From: Ruditapes philippinarum
Lineage: Eukaryota
Reading direction: 5' to 3'
Length of the DNA: 64,000 nucleotides
NCBI RefSeq assembly: GCF_026571515.1
Contig: NW_026856059.1
Coordinates: 62,001-126,000, forward strand
Position 1 is the first letter of the stretch; the number at the start of each line of letters is the position of its first letter. Position numbers and translations under genes: made by a program. Below the pieces are notes generated by a model. The model was not told where the DNA came from. It saw only the letters and a program-made list of their open reading frames with translations, and ran no database searches. This document shows, in pieces, positions 27,476 to 40,648 of the stretch.

Positions 27476-29025
27476 TTTATAAAGAGAATAGTCCACAATA
27501 TCGACAACTTATTAACTATTTCGTTTTTCAAAGTACAACCTCTCAGTGAGACTGGTTTGTGTTGGGGCTCGTCCAGTGAATATTGTTTATATTAGTTATA
27601 GACATATTATCAGTTCTCTTGAAAACCATCGCCGTATAGTCATCATCTTTTCACTTTACATTGTTTTATATATATATTAAATGCAAATTTAAATAACTAT
27701 GTAGACTAAGTCATATATTATGTTATCAGCATAATGCACACGTTTCTATAGACCTAATTTACAATATTGTACAAGATTAAAAATTTTCTTGCAATAATGA
27801 ATAATTTATTGATAGTATGTTTGTTGTAAAACGTGGTATTGCTTTCCATATTGCATGATGATGATGATTAAAATGATGATTATGATGATGATTTTATTTA
27901 TAAAGAAACATATCCAATTAAGGCATTCACAGAAAATCACGAGTCGCGCGCATTATCAACAGAGTGAAGATTACAAATAATGGGGCATAAAAAATCAGTG
28001 ACTTTGTACTTGCAGACATTTCATGATATGATTTATTTTCTCTATAGCTATTTATATTTGTATACAATTTATAGTAGCATAATAACTATATCTTATTTGA
28101 CATAAAGGTGTCACTAAAAGTTTAAACGCAATATGCTATGATTGGATAAATGTTTATTTATTGTTTATAGTCAAACACAGTCAGCAGTCAAGCTGAAAAT
28201 GTTCAAGATTAAATATGAAAAGTCAAATTTGCTAAAACACGACCTATTTCTAATATAAACTGAGATTATACTAACGTATATTTTGCCGAACGAAGAAAAA
28301 GATTGGTTTGATTGGCTCCCAGAATTACATTGACGCAATATTAGCCAAAGGTCAAGCAGTATGTAACAGTATAAGTTCTCACATATATGTTATATGATTC
28401 TGTAGCTTTTATAAGTCTTGAGACTGAGACTGACGGCGGACATTAACTTGAAAATATAATCATATAATAAAACAATATATATTTTGTAATTCGTTGTATG
28501 TATTTTCAAATCGAATGTACAATTCAATGATTACAGTTTCTATAGCAACGTGTTTGAATACATTGATAACATGTCAGGATCATTAGAAGTAAAGCGTCAT
28601 CAACCATGTACTATTTTCTTAGTAGTATTACAAAGGAAGTAATTTAAACTGCTTTTATTCACCTTTTTGAAATCAGAATAGCGCATAATGATAGATATGT
28701 GTGTAACTTTATCAAAAATGTAAGGCAAATGAGCAAGCCATTAAAATTTAATGTTTTGCCGTTACTCTAGACTGTAACATGTAATGACTGTTCTATTGCG
28801 GTTTGCCGTATACAACAACGTAATTGTTAAAATGCGCAAAAAGAACTTGACAAAGGGAGTCTTTTCTAAAAATCAGAAAATGAGAACACCGTACCTTTTT
28901 GTATAAAAGCATGATCTTATTGGAATTTTAAAAAGAAAGATTAGATTTTCAAAACCGGTAAGCGATAAGCTTTCTCTAAATTAAACATGTATCTACCTAT
29001 TAAACGATTGCTACGTTATTATATT

Positions 29026-30484
29026 TTATTTAGAGCAGACAGCACATGTCAGCTCACGTCCATTAACATATGGTGGGCATCGTAATGATCCACAACGTGC
29101 TTCAGCAAAATAGAACAGTTTTCCATCTTTACTCGCGTGTCCGCCTTCCACTACCTCCGGTTCCGCATCAAGACAAACGAATTCAGCAGCATGATGTGTA
29201 TCATGTCCGCCCGACAGGTAGCCTTCATATTCCAATGTCCATCCATCATAGCATTTATTCCTGCCTGGGATCAATAGAATGCTTGCCCTGTTCGTACGAC
29301 ATACACAACACGGAACGTCATGATTTACCAGTTCTTTTCCAAAGAAATTATTCATATTTCTACCATACAATTCATATTCTGCTCCCCAGACTGTGCCTGC
29401 GTCCTGCTCAGCGTCTTCGTATACATTCCACAACGGTTCTTCCGGTAGACATAAATAGTTGGCGGAAGCTCCTTTATTACTATAATGGGAACCACCAGCG
29501 TAACCTTTGTAAACCAACTCTGTTCCATTTTCTGGACATTGTGTTCTTCCCCATCGCACATACGTATTTCCCGTTCCAGCTAGTGAATTCAAACTTTCAA
29601 TTGTTCTCACTTTTTCCTCAATGGTTTTCAACATGGACTTGTCCTGATTGCTCTCATCTGTAATATAGTATGCAGTTCTTAATTTAGTGTTCTATAAATT
29701 ACACTCCCAATAATGCATTAAATATGTGGTTCCGGAGATTGTTAAGAAAAGATACCCTTAATCTGTAATGAATGCTAGCCGTTTAAATAGTGATAAAGAA
29801 TGATGACTTATTCCCATAATTATGCTAATACACAATCTTATGAAAGAAAGCATTGCACTAGTTATATGATGATTTAGGAAATAAGAGTAAATGATTTATA
29901 ACTAGTCCTTTTTGTTTAGACAATAAATATCAAAGAAGAATAGTAAAAATGCTGTAAATGTTCTTTAAGCTTAGGCGTGTGTGCTAAAAAAAAACGCCAA
30001 CGTAAATTGCTCAGTGTGATTCAGTATGCGCTTTAAAAATGACGAAAAATACATGTTCGATATCATCGACTTTAGCGGAATCCTCAATCTTAAAAATATT
30101 AGATTTAATGATCCCAAAGATATAAAATACAATGTCATAACACTGTTCACAAAATATAATTTGGAAAAAAAGTAGATTAAAAAATCATAGTCAAAATAAT
30201 TCAATAAGAATATATATCAAATGCCAGTTTATGTCAGATCATATATACCTATCTTATTTAATTGTAAACACATTACCTTTCTGTTTAGAAAGCACCGCTT
30301 TAATTTCCTCCAACATGGTTTTAGTATTTCTTTGTTCAATTTCTAACATTATCATTTTCTGTAACATTTTGTGGTCATAGTCAAATCGTGAAGTACATAC
30401 TGGTTCTTCTTGGTCTGCAAAAATTATTCCCACAAACAACACAAGAATAAATACAATACGTAAATACAAATTTACACAATTCAT
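29026..30484 (-). CDS. Secreted C4/spongin-like domain protein, copy 5 (exons 30484-30277, 29657-29026; 279 aa)
   Basis: Same exon structure, canonical splice sites, intact ORF. Confidence 0.92.
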
Positions 30485-30754
30485 TTTGCATGTAATTTTG
30501 CTTCCAGTTTGTAAGTTTACTCTTTACAAGTAAAAGAAAAAAGGCCACAGGAACAGATTTACTGTAAATGTAAACTCCTTGATATTTGTGAATCTTTTTT
30601 TTCATTTCATGCGTCACATTAATTAGATGCATATGCTTCAATGTGATGAATTCTTTACTTTGTTAAAAAGCACTTAATATATAATTGATGTCCATACAAA
30701 GTTCGATTTACGTTGGCCTCAATGCACTCATTGAGAAATATTTGACATTGAATA

Positions 30755-32228
30755 GCATTGTCGTACCAAAAATGTCACGGAACGTATGTGTCACACGTGT
30801 GACATATTCGGTCAAATATTAAAAGCCTTTTACGAAATCTCGTATTTCATTAATGCAATTTATTAGAAGGGAGACAACCCTGGTATGTCATTAAGTTTTC
30901 ATATTTTATACTATTCATCTCCCTTTACAAGTCAGGTGTCTTCTTTAAAATTTTGCTTTGAGTTTATTTCCATCACAAAGTTTAGTTTAAAAACTTATAA
31001 ACTATGAATGCATGTTTTACATTGTTTGTGAATATCTTGTTTATGTTTACGTCATATTGAAAGTTTTGTAATGCTTATATTATAACAGTTGTTTGTGAAT
31101 TTCTCTTCCTCCATCCGAAGCACATGGTTTTCTAGGAACAAAATGGCTGCCATATTGCAATATTCTGACGATATAGTTATTCAATTTTCTTTTGTTTCGA
31201 ATGACTTATTTTGTATGTATAGTTGCTACTTCATCAAATCAATCAAAATGTATAGTAACTCTAAATGTAAACAATATCATAAACAGCTGCCTGCATTAAC
31301 AGTCTTGTTACAGTCATGTGACCAAAATGTCATAGGCGACCTTAGCTCAAGTACTGTTTTGGCTACATGCGACACAAGTATAAATTGCAAATTTGTTCTA
31401 AGTGAAGGACACTAACTCTAGCATTGCTGCGGGAAGCAACAGGTGAACAACTCGCACGGATAAGTAAGAAGTTTAAATTCTCTCTCCCCCTCAGAGTTGG
31501 GGGCAAAAAAATTGGATATTTTATCTTCGAGTCAATAAATATTTATGTCCAAAAATATTTAACTAAGCCAATCACTGTGTATCGACACAGTGTCATCTTA
31601 CTGGGAAGGACTTAATCTTATATTGTAAGAACTTGTTGCCCAACCCATTTGCATTTTGATATATACTCATTATTTGTATAATATGTTTGTAAACATGTAT
31701 TTAATGCAATCACAGATGTTTAAATGAATAAAAAAATCTTACTGGTAAAATGATAAGCAGGGCGGCGTCGACAAATTTATAAAAAATATATTGCTGATTT
31801 ACGATGACGATGATGATGTATCATNNNNNNNNNNNNNNNNNNNNNNNNNNNNNNNNNNNNNNNNNNNNNNNNNNNNNNNNNNNNNNNNNNNNNNNNNNNN
31901 NNNNNNNNNNNNNNNNNNNNNNNNNNNNNNNNNNNNNNNNNNNNNNNNNNNNNNNNNNNNNNNNNNNNNNTATTGATGATGATGTTGTTGTTGTTGTTGT
32001 TGTCGTTTTGTTGTTGTTATTGTTGTTGTTGTTGTTGTTGATGATGATGAAGATGATGATGATGATGTTAGTTTACTGTGTAAAATGTTTGACATATACA
32101 ACCAGGCATTTACTTCCAAATTGTAGAAACGTATCGTATATGGCACATATAGATAGCTGTGATTAATTTGGCCGAATATGTCCCACACGTGTGATATACG
32201 CTCCGTGACATATACGGTCCGGCTTAGC
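30755..32228. mobile_element. TIR element, unit C copy, containing a (GAT)/(GTT) microsatellite and a gap
   Basis: Same terminal inverted repeats; simple repeats are visible at 31971-32068. Confidence 0.6.
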
Positions 32229-33591
32229 ATCCTTATCAATCTGCCAGTTGTTTAATTAGTAATTGCCCTTTAATTAAGAAATTCCGCACGGACTCTCATC
32301 TTGTACATGTTTGTTTATTATGCAAATTGTATAAATTCAATGTATACCTCAAAAGTTAAAGTAATGTGAAAGGCTTCCTCAAAATATTTCAAAGTTTATA
32401 TTCTTTGAATACACTATACGCCACGCGCAATTGCCATTATAAAATGGACATCGTGCAAGGTATATATCCAATTTTCCATATTTTTTCTGTTATTTTCATT
32501 TTGTATTTCAAGCCTTTAAATTATCATATTCACATACTTTTATGAGTATACAGTAATAATAAATCCAGGGTGATATAAAGTTCATAAACATTGAAAACAT
32601 ATTATCGTGAGAAAGGTTTATGTTAAAGGCACAGAAGGGCCCAGAATTGCATAGATATTTCCTTCTTTTGAAAACGGCCAACATTAATGATATAACGTTG
32701 GATATAAATTTCTAAGGCATAAGGTGCTTCTTTGACCATTATTAAGTAATTGCTTAAAAGCACAGTATGTCGCAAAATTCTGTGTATATTTATAATTCGT
32801 TATAAATGGCAAACAAGTGTTTAATAAAGTTTCAACAATGAATTTAGAAAATTTAACAGGCGAAGAGAGTAGCACTGAAATTGAGTTATGTGTCGTGATA
32901 TAGTTACACAAAGTTTTTATTTTAACTTCCGTACAAAATAATAATTCACTTTATTTAAAGCAATTGCCAACAAAGCTAAAGATCCAAATTTAATAATAAG
33001 ATAACAAAATATTTCTTTTTTAGAAATACAAATGATAGCATTTCTGGGGCATAATGAGGCATAATTGATCTTTAAGATTTTGTAAAGGCTTATTATATGA
33101 GGAAAGTAATGCGGAGTTTGAATTTTCCTTGAAAGTAGCACATGTAAACAAAAGTAGTATTCTGACTCAAATACTGATACACTGTAACTGTTCAAATTGC
33201 CATTACGCAACATAAGTAAAAGATTATTCAGGTAATTGGTCAAAAAGTTCTCAGAAATAAGAATAACAGCATTTCTGGTATAAAGGGCCTTTAATAAGTA
33301 ATGTGTAATTTAATATCATGTTCCTGAGATTCAACGCTCTCAATCGTTATAGGCATCTGGCAGAAACTAGATATTGTTGTGAAAACAACATACATGTTTT
33401 CCACTCATATCTACTGCGTGAAGATATGTTTCAGTATAGAGTATGCAAGATACCGGGTTCTTTCTATGAGGGCATCAAAATATCTAAGATCAAATAAGAC
33501 AAGTCAATGCATTACGGACCGGCTGTAATTAGGAAAAGAGAAAGGTTATATTAATTACGTATTGAGTCCATTATTCAAAATGTCAGGTGAA

Positions 33592-34297
33592 TTATTCCCT
33601 GCGGTCTGGAGACCGCAGGGTATTGGTACGCGTTTAACTTTTGAGGCATGGAGGAGCACGTGACCTGTTTTCGGTACATGGAGGAGCATGTGATCTGTAA
33701 ACCGTACATGATTGGTTAATTGACCTTTTCGAAAACCTGGCTAAATACCGTTTGCCGGTACGTTACGGATTTACCTCTAGGGAATTAGTCAGAATTACAC
33801 CTAATTAAGAACAAAAAACTATTACGTGATATTCCTAATTTTTTGTAATTATTTTACCGTTTAAGGTGGAAAAACTTTAATGATGTGTTTGAAAATTATC
33901 AATGTTTCTTTAATATCTCAAATTTTACAAACAATAGATTGTTTATACTGAAAATCTACAAAATTACAATATTCGTAGTGGCATCTGCCATAATAAATAG
34001 AGATATTTTCTGCGTAAACTTGTGTGTTTACTTTATTTTATTTTTTTGCTAGGAATTATTCATAAAATGGTAGGCCTATTTAATCATTTTCTTAAAAAGA
34101 AATAATTGATTTATGTTCGACCTTCTCCGGTCATCAACGGTCACCAGTTTCCAAAGATCTTCTTCTATATTGATCGATTATTGTCAACTATATTCCTGAT
34201 ACAAACGTTTATTTATCCCCCCACAATGTTGAAAATAGTTAAATAAAATATCTTTATATCATTAAAAATGTTCCCCGCAGGAAACCAGTTTACTTGT
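33592..34297 (-). mobile_element. Helentron-associated (HINE/DINE-1-like) non-autonomous element specific to unit C
   Basis: Absent from units A and B. On the minus strand it starts ACAAGTAAACTGGTTTCCTGCGGGGAA and ends with the stem-loop CCCTGCGGTCTCCAGACCGCAGGG plus AATAA. It has an internal direct repeat (catggaggagca.gtga.ctgt x2) and no TSD. Confidence 0.7.
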
Positions 34298-35190
34298 ACA
34301 CAAATTTATTGATTTTATTATAACACTACAGGAGAGTCGGACGTTATTCTGATAACTGTTATGGAGTTCATGGAAAACTTTACGGATTTCGTCTGGAAAC
34401 TTTTGTTTATACCGAAGAAACATTCGTAAAAACTTTAAAAAAAGTTTGATGTGCTAAATTAAACTTAGATAACCGAAAACCTAGCTGATGGAAACTGTGA
34501 ACGGCCGCATAGGGTATAACACTTTCCCAGCACTGGTGAAAACATCTGTCTGATATGCATGAATTGTTTCTTCTTTATTATGTTTAATGTTAGATCTTCT
34601 TAAATAGTTTAACCTGAAATATGTTAACAACTTAACATGCTCAATTAATTCAAATGAAGACGTAAAGAAGATACATTATGTATACGGCTTACACTGAGCC
34701 GTAACGTAGTTACATGGTTAATCGAAGATTAATGTCCTTACTCTCAATAAATCATGTACTTGAGCATTGCCATTATTTTATATAGAGAATAGTCCACATT
34801 ACCGACAACTTATTAACTATTTTGTTTTTCGAAGTACAACCTCTTTGTGCTGGGGCTCGTTCTGTGAGTATTGTTTATATTTGTTCTCATATAAAGTAAA
34901 GACATGTTTTTGGTTACATTTTATCAGTTTATCTGTTTCTTGAAACTTGCCATTCTTTGTCGTTTGCATATTTTATGTATTATAAGAATCACTAAACAAG
35001 AAACACCATCGTCATATAGTCATCATCTCTTCATTATATATTGTTTTTTTTATATATTAAATACAAATTTAAATATTTATGTAGACTAAGTCATATATTA
35101 TGCTAGCAGCATAATGCACACGTTTCTATAGACATAGTTTACAATATTGTACAAGATTAAAAATGTTTATTACCGCTAGGGTTTCCTTAA

Positions 35191-35549
35191 AGGGACTCCA
35201 CTGAGGTTTAAAAGCCTAAAAACTTAACATTTGAATTTCTTACATAAATTAGCTGGGGCACTTTATGCAGAAATATATGCAAAGATAGTTAAGAAATATA
35301 CTTTGAAATAAATTAAAAATCGTATTTGTATGCTTTTCTCAGCCTGATTTGAGTGAAAAGTGTATAAACGCTTTTAATTTTGGGTCATTTTTTTTTTACA
35401 ATTTGAATAATTATTCTGGAGAAACAAAGTGCGCGAATGATCTGAAATTTTGCACAAAGATTAGTGGTCTAAACCTTCATCAAATGGTACATTTATCTGG
35501 AAAAAATATTTTCAGTCCCTTCATGTCTAAAAACCTCAGTGGGGTCTCT
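35191..35549. mobile_element. MITE with TTAA target duplication (Kolobok- or piggyBac-type)
   Basis: TTAA|AGGGACTCCACTGAGGTTT ... AAACCTCAGTGGGGTCTCT|TTAA. Confidence 0.8.
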
Positions 35550-37167
35550 TTAAAGATTTAAAAATGTGCTTTATCTGTTGTTTTTTTAAATAAGAAAATA
35601 TTTATTTGATAATTGGAAGAAAAGGTCGTCTGGTGTACAAAATGTGACGTCATCAATCACCAACTGCAACACCCGTCTCCCCTACCTGACAATGAAGTGT
35701 CAAGAAAATAATCACTTCTTAACTTTTTAATAATAATATTGACGCTCTTGGGAATCGGTCATTCAATTACTTGGTTTGATGTTTCATGATATATGTCCCC
35801 GTTTCAAAACAACATTATTTGGTTATTTTTAACATTTTAAAATGCTTAAACATCAAGCAACTGATAAAACATTTAACATTCAAAAGTGTGGGTAGAAAGT
35901 TGATACCATGACGGCATTGATGACGTCAATTCCGTTGGGTCGTTTTGCATGATAGCGCGGTCCAAGGAACAATATTCTGTAACAGTTTCATTTTATCATC
36001 AAAGTATATCACCGAAAGCTATGTTTTGAACTATGGAAAAGAAGTATCTTTTTTTTGTGTTAAATGTACAAGAATCAAAGATTTGTACATTAATTTGGCC
36101 AGAAGTTTACTTTTCGAGACTGATTTTGAAAGGCCGCAACATTCACCCGATTTTGAACGTTTTGGATTTTGGGGTGAGGGGGGATATCTAAGAGAGGATA
36201 AACAAACTTACAAAAAATAAAACAATCGATGCGCTTGAGAATGCAATAAAGAGTGACAGAGACACTTGCACAGCAGTCATACGCAATTTCAAACATAGAC
36301 TTGACGAGAATTGACGTCATTTGGGCTGTAAACTGGTCTATTTTGAAAATGATTAATGTAAACAATTCTTATGAAAAATAAAAAGCATATTTCATACATG
36401 TATACCGAACAATCTTTAATCTTTCAACAATATAACTATAAAACACAAATATAATGATGGTTTTGTAAAATAAGAACAGATAGTATGAAACAGCCTGTAA
36501 ATCCCATTATGCTGCCGGTGAATATAAAAAATCTAGACTTACTTATTTGGCTCGTCCAATCAGATCGCGTATTTCAACCCAGGTATCAGACTGCAAAATG
36601 GCTACGACAATTTAAAAAATACCGTGAAACAGAAAAAATCGGAATGATAGTGATATTCGTTAGACTTGAATTAAGTAAGCTGTGGAATTCAAGTTCTTTT
36701 TATTGATGTAAATGAATGATGCAGCAAAATGCCCTCGGAATGCGCCTCAGTCGCCGAAACGACGATTTCCCGTGTTCCACATTGTTTGGCAAATGAACAT
36801 ATAGTAGGCTTTTGGTTTAAACATATTTTATTTAGAATATTTGTACATGTGTAAATAACAACATAACAATAATTATAGATTTTGGCCGAAAGCAGAAGCT
36901 TATAGAAGCCATTATCTAACAATAACAATCTTCAATGTCTGTGGTGGTTGTAATTAACAAGTTACCAAAAAAAACACATTTGATAATGCAAGATTGAAAA
37001 AGAAAAATGAAATGTTAATGGTAAGGACAAGATTTTAGTAAGTTTTGACAAAAATTAAGTAAAAAACTACAGAAAACAACTAAAGAAAAAAACACAAAAA
37101 GGACATTAAACAAATAAAGATAAGGACAAGAAAAGAATATAAGCAGCATAGTAGTAGCAGTCAGACA

Positions 37168-40100
37168 TTATATAAATCGTTTCGTAGAATCAATATAAAG
37201 GTATACAGACTTGAAAAGCTCTACGTTTTGGTTGTTTGAAAGGGAATTTGAACCATGCAATAGCAGAGTGTGAGTTATGATCAGGGATCTATCCAGTTGT
37301 ATGATGTTCCTATAGAGAATATCTCGCATATGTTGATACAAAGGACAGTTTAGAAGAAAATGACACACTGATTCTGTTTGACCACAGGCGCATGTGTTTG
37401 ATTCGGAAATATTTTTTCGGAAAAGATCATCATTTAAGGAACTACAGCCAAGTCTTAAGCGAGTATGCAGGATTTGAAGTTTGCGAGGCCCTGTGTTAAA
37501 ATAATTAGGAGGTTTGTGTGGGTTTGAAAGAAGTCGCTTGAATTGTTGTAAAGATTCTGATGATTTTGTATTCTGAGGGAGCGTGTTCCAGGAACGGATG
37601 CTAGACGGGATGAGAGAGTTTTGATAAAAGGATGTTCGACAATAGATAGGAGGAATATCAGAGGAGTTTCTGAAGGTGTATCTTTCGTTTTGACGTGTTG
37701 GGATTAGAGTGTTTAAGTAAGTGGGACATAAACTATTTCGAATTTTGTAAATAAAGACCAGTTTGTGATTACTACGTCGAGTTGATAATGATTCCCATCC
37801 TAGGTCGTCATAAAGTTTTTCAAGAGAACAAAGTTTAGTAGCACCTGTGACTATTCTTGCAACCTCGTTTTGAATCATATCTATTTCATGCTTTTCGCTA
37901 GCTGAACAATTATCAAAAAGTATATCTCCATACTCTAATAATGGACGGATAAATGTCAAATATAATGTTTCTAATGTATTTCTGTCGAGTGTAAATTTTA
38001 GACTACGGAGAATATTGATCCTTGTCCAAGCTTTGTTTTTAATATATTCTAGATGATTTGACCATGAACAATCGTTTGATAGAACAACTCCTAAATGTTT
38101 GTGAGAAGAAGCTTCAGAAATGACTTGGTTTTGCAGAAGTAGGGGAGGATGTTGTGTTTTGATAGCTTTCCGAGATATAGTCATACATATGGTCTTTGCT
38201 GGATTAAACGAAACCAGCCATTCTTTAGACCATTGGTTAATCTTTTGTAAATCAGAGTTTAGTACATTTGCTGTTATTTCGGGTGTATTAACGATAAGGG
38301 ATAAACTTGTGTCATCTGCAAAAAGTCTGATGTTGGCGTCGATATCTATTACAATGTCGTTAATAAATATAAGGAAAAGCAGTGGACCGAGAATGGATCC
38401 TTGAGGAACACCAGCCTTGACGTAAAGAAGAGAAGATGATGATCCTTGGACAGTGACTCTTTGCTGCCTATTGAATAAGTAGCTTTGAAACCAAAGAAGT
38501 AAATCTCCACGAATTCCAGCAGATGACAATTTAGTTATGAGTCCTTTGTGCCATACCCGATCAAAAGCTTTGCTTATATCACAAAATACAATTCTAATTT
38601 CCTTTCCATTGTCTATTGCTTCACAGAAAGAATTATAAATTACTGATAGTTGGTTTATAGTTGAGTCGCCTTGGCGGAAACCAGACTGATATTCTGTTAA
38701 AATGTTGTTGCTAATTAGATGATTATATACGTGTTTGTAAACAGCTTTTTCTAAAACTTTGCCTAGGGAACAGAGAAGTGAAATTGGTCTATAATTACTA
38801 ATTACATTGGTCTCATTCTTTTTATGAACTGGACATACGTTTGCAACCTTCCATTGAGTATGAAAAGTACCGATAGACAGAGAATAATTGAAAATATCTG
38901 ATAAAGGAACAGCTAATTGAGACGATATTTCTTTTTTAAAACGCGATTGTTTATTAAATCAGGACCAACTGCTTTCCCAAGTGGTAGTGTTCGTAATAAT
39001 GGTTCGATATCAGATGGTTCAAAGTGAAGTGATGATAGAGTTGAGGAGAAAGAATAAATTGGTGGAATGGGTTGCCAATCAGGTTCGTCAAGAAATGTTT
39101 GTTGAGCGAAGAAACGATTGAAGGCGTCCGCCTTTTCCTCGTTGTCATATAGAATATTTGAGTCATTGAGCAGTGGAGGAATAGATCTTATTTGACTATT
39201 AGGGGAGATAAACATTTTAACTGTGGCCCACCATGATTTATTAGATGTTTTATAAGTGAGAGTCTGGGTTAATTTGGCTGTATATTCTGATTTAACATCT
39301 CTAATAAGGGAAACTATTTTATTTCTAAGTTGGCGGAATTTCGACCAGTCCGAAGTTCGATTATGGAGCTTAGCTTGTTTGAAAAGACGCTTGCGTTTGC
39401 GTATAAGTCGTTTAATTTCACCTGATATCCACTGTGGTTCTGTGGGTCTGATAGTGATTAACCTATTAGGAATATATTGGTTACAAAATTTAAATATGGT
39501 AAATGTAAATGCAGAGACCCATTGGTCAATATCAGTGTTACGAATGGTCTGCCAATCAAATTGTTCTAAAGAGTATCTCAATGCATTATAATCTCCTCGG
39601 TCGTACAGCCATATTTGACGGGAGTGAGTCTGACATTTTGGTTTAGTAAATTTAAAAAGTGCAAAAGTGGGACAATGATAACGAATTTGCTGATCGAAAA
39701 CTGGTTCACCAACGCCACTAAGTACCAAACTACGTATGTTTTTTTAAAAAAATAAGATCTATGACGGATGAAGACGTTTCAGTGAAGTGAGTTGGATCAT
39801 TGATACATTGAGCAAGCCCAAATTGGTTACAAAGGTGTAAAAGTTTTCGCTTGGATGCGGGAATGGCAGGATTGAGGTTAAAGTCGCCACTAATTGTAAT
39901 GTTTTGAATACCAGAATTAAGTGCAAGGTCGAAAGATTGTTCAATTTTAAGGTCATATTGGGCATCAGAGTTTGGTGGGCGGTAGAAGAGTCCAATAAGC
40001 ATTTTAAGGTTCCGCTTTAGAATAAGTTCAATCCAAATACATTCAACATCAAAGAATTCTAAGTCATGCCTTCGGACAAACGCTACATTTTCTTTGACGT

Positions 40101-40648
40101 ATAATATAACATCACCATATTTGTCATGTCTCTGCGCTCGGGAATATGAAAGTTATTCTTGTGCTTACAGATGAATGTAACCATGTTTCGCTTAAAGATA
40201 ATAAGTTAAAAGAATCGAACTCTGTATTGATAATATCAATTTTGGGTAAAAGACTCTGAACATTGTAATGAAGAATGGACAAGTTATGTGAAATATCAAG
40301 TGATGCATGTGAAAATGAGTTATCAGGCCCTGGATGCGGATGAACGTCTCCACACTGTAAAAGGAAAATTGTTGACCACGATATTATTAAACAAACAGTG
40401 AAAACAATAGCTACGTTTTTGGAAAATGAAAGATTTCTATAGAATGCCCTAGACTTTACAGAATATGTTTTAGTCAGTCCTTTCAATGAACGGAGACGAC
40501 TAGCGTTGACTTCGAAATATTGACTAAAAGACAAGCAATATACAGGATTATTAAGAAGCAACCAAATTGTTAAGAGTAAAAAGTGAAAACGGCAAAATCT
40601 TGATTCTACTAACAGGTTTCTGTTCCAGAAAACAAAAGTACACTCCAT
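37168..40648 (-). pseudogene. LINE ORF2 (APE endonuclease + reverse transcriptase), frameshifted
   Basis: Endonuclease motifs HYNVQSL, LSETWL, YRPPN, GDFN and SVIDLIF. RT motifs NYRPISLL, QSGFR, DISKAFDRVWH, GVPQGSILGPLLF and LFADDT, plus a C-terminal CACG..E...HFLLNC. Frame breaks at ~40130, ~39740 and ~38930. Confidence 0.9.

Larger units (their letters stand above)
18950..27783. repeat. Segmental duplication unit B (contains copy 4)
   Basis: Colinear with unit A (6900-14980); 21060-27783 is repeated again as unit C. Confidence 0.9.
27784..35164. repeat. Segmental duplication unit C (contains copy 5)
   Basis: It begins at sequence matching 21060 (ttttcttgcaataatg) and ends at acaatattgtacaagattaaaaat, matching the end of unit B. 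Confidence 0.9.
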
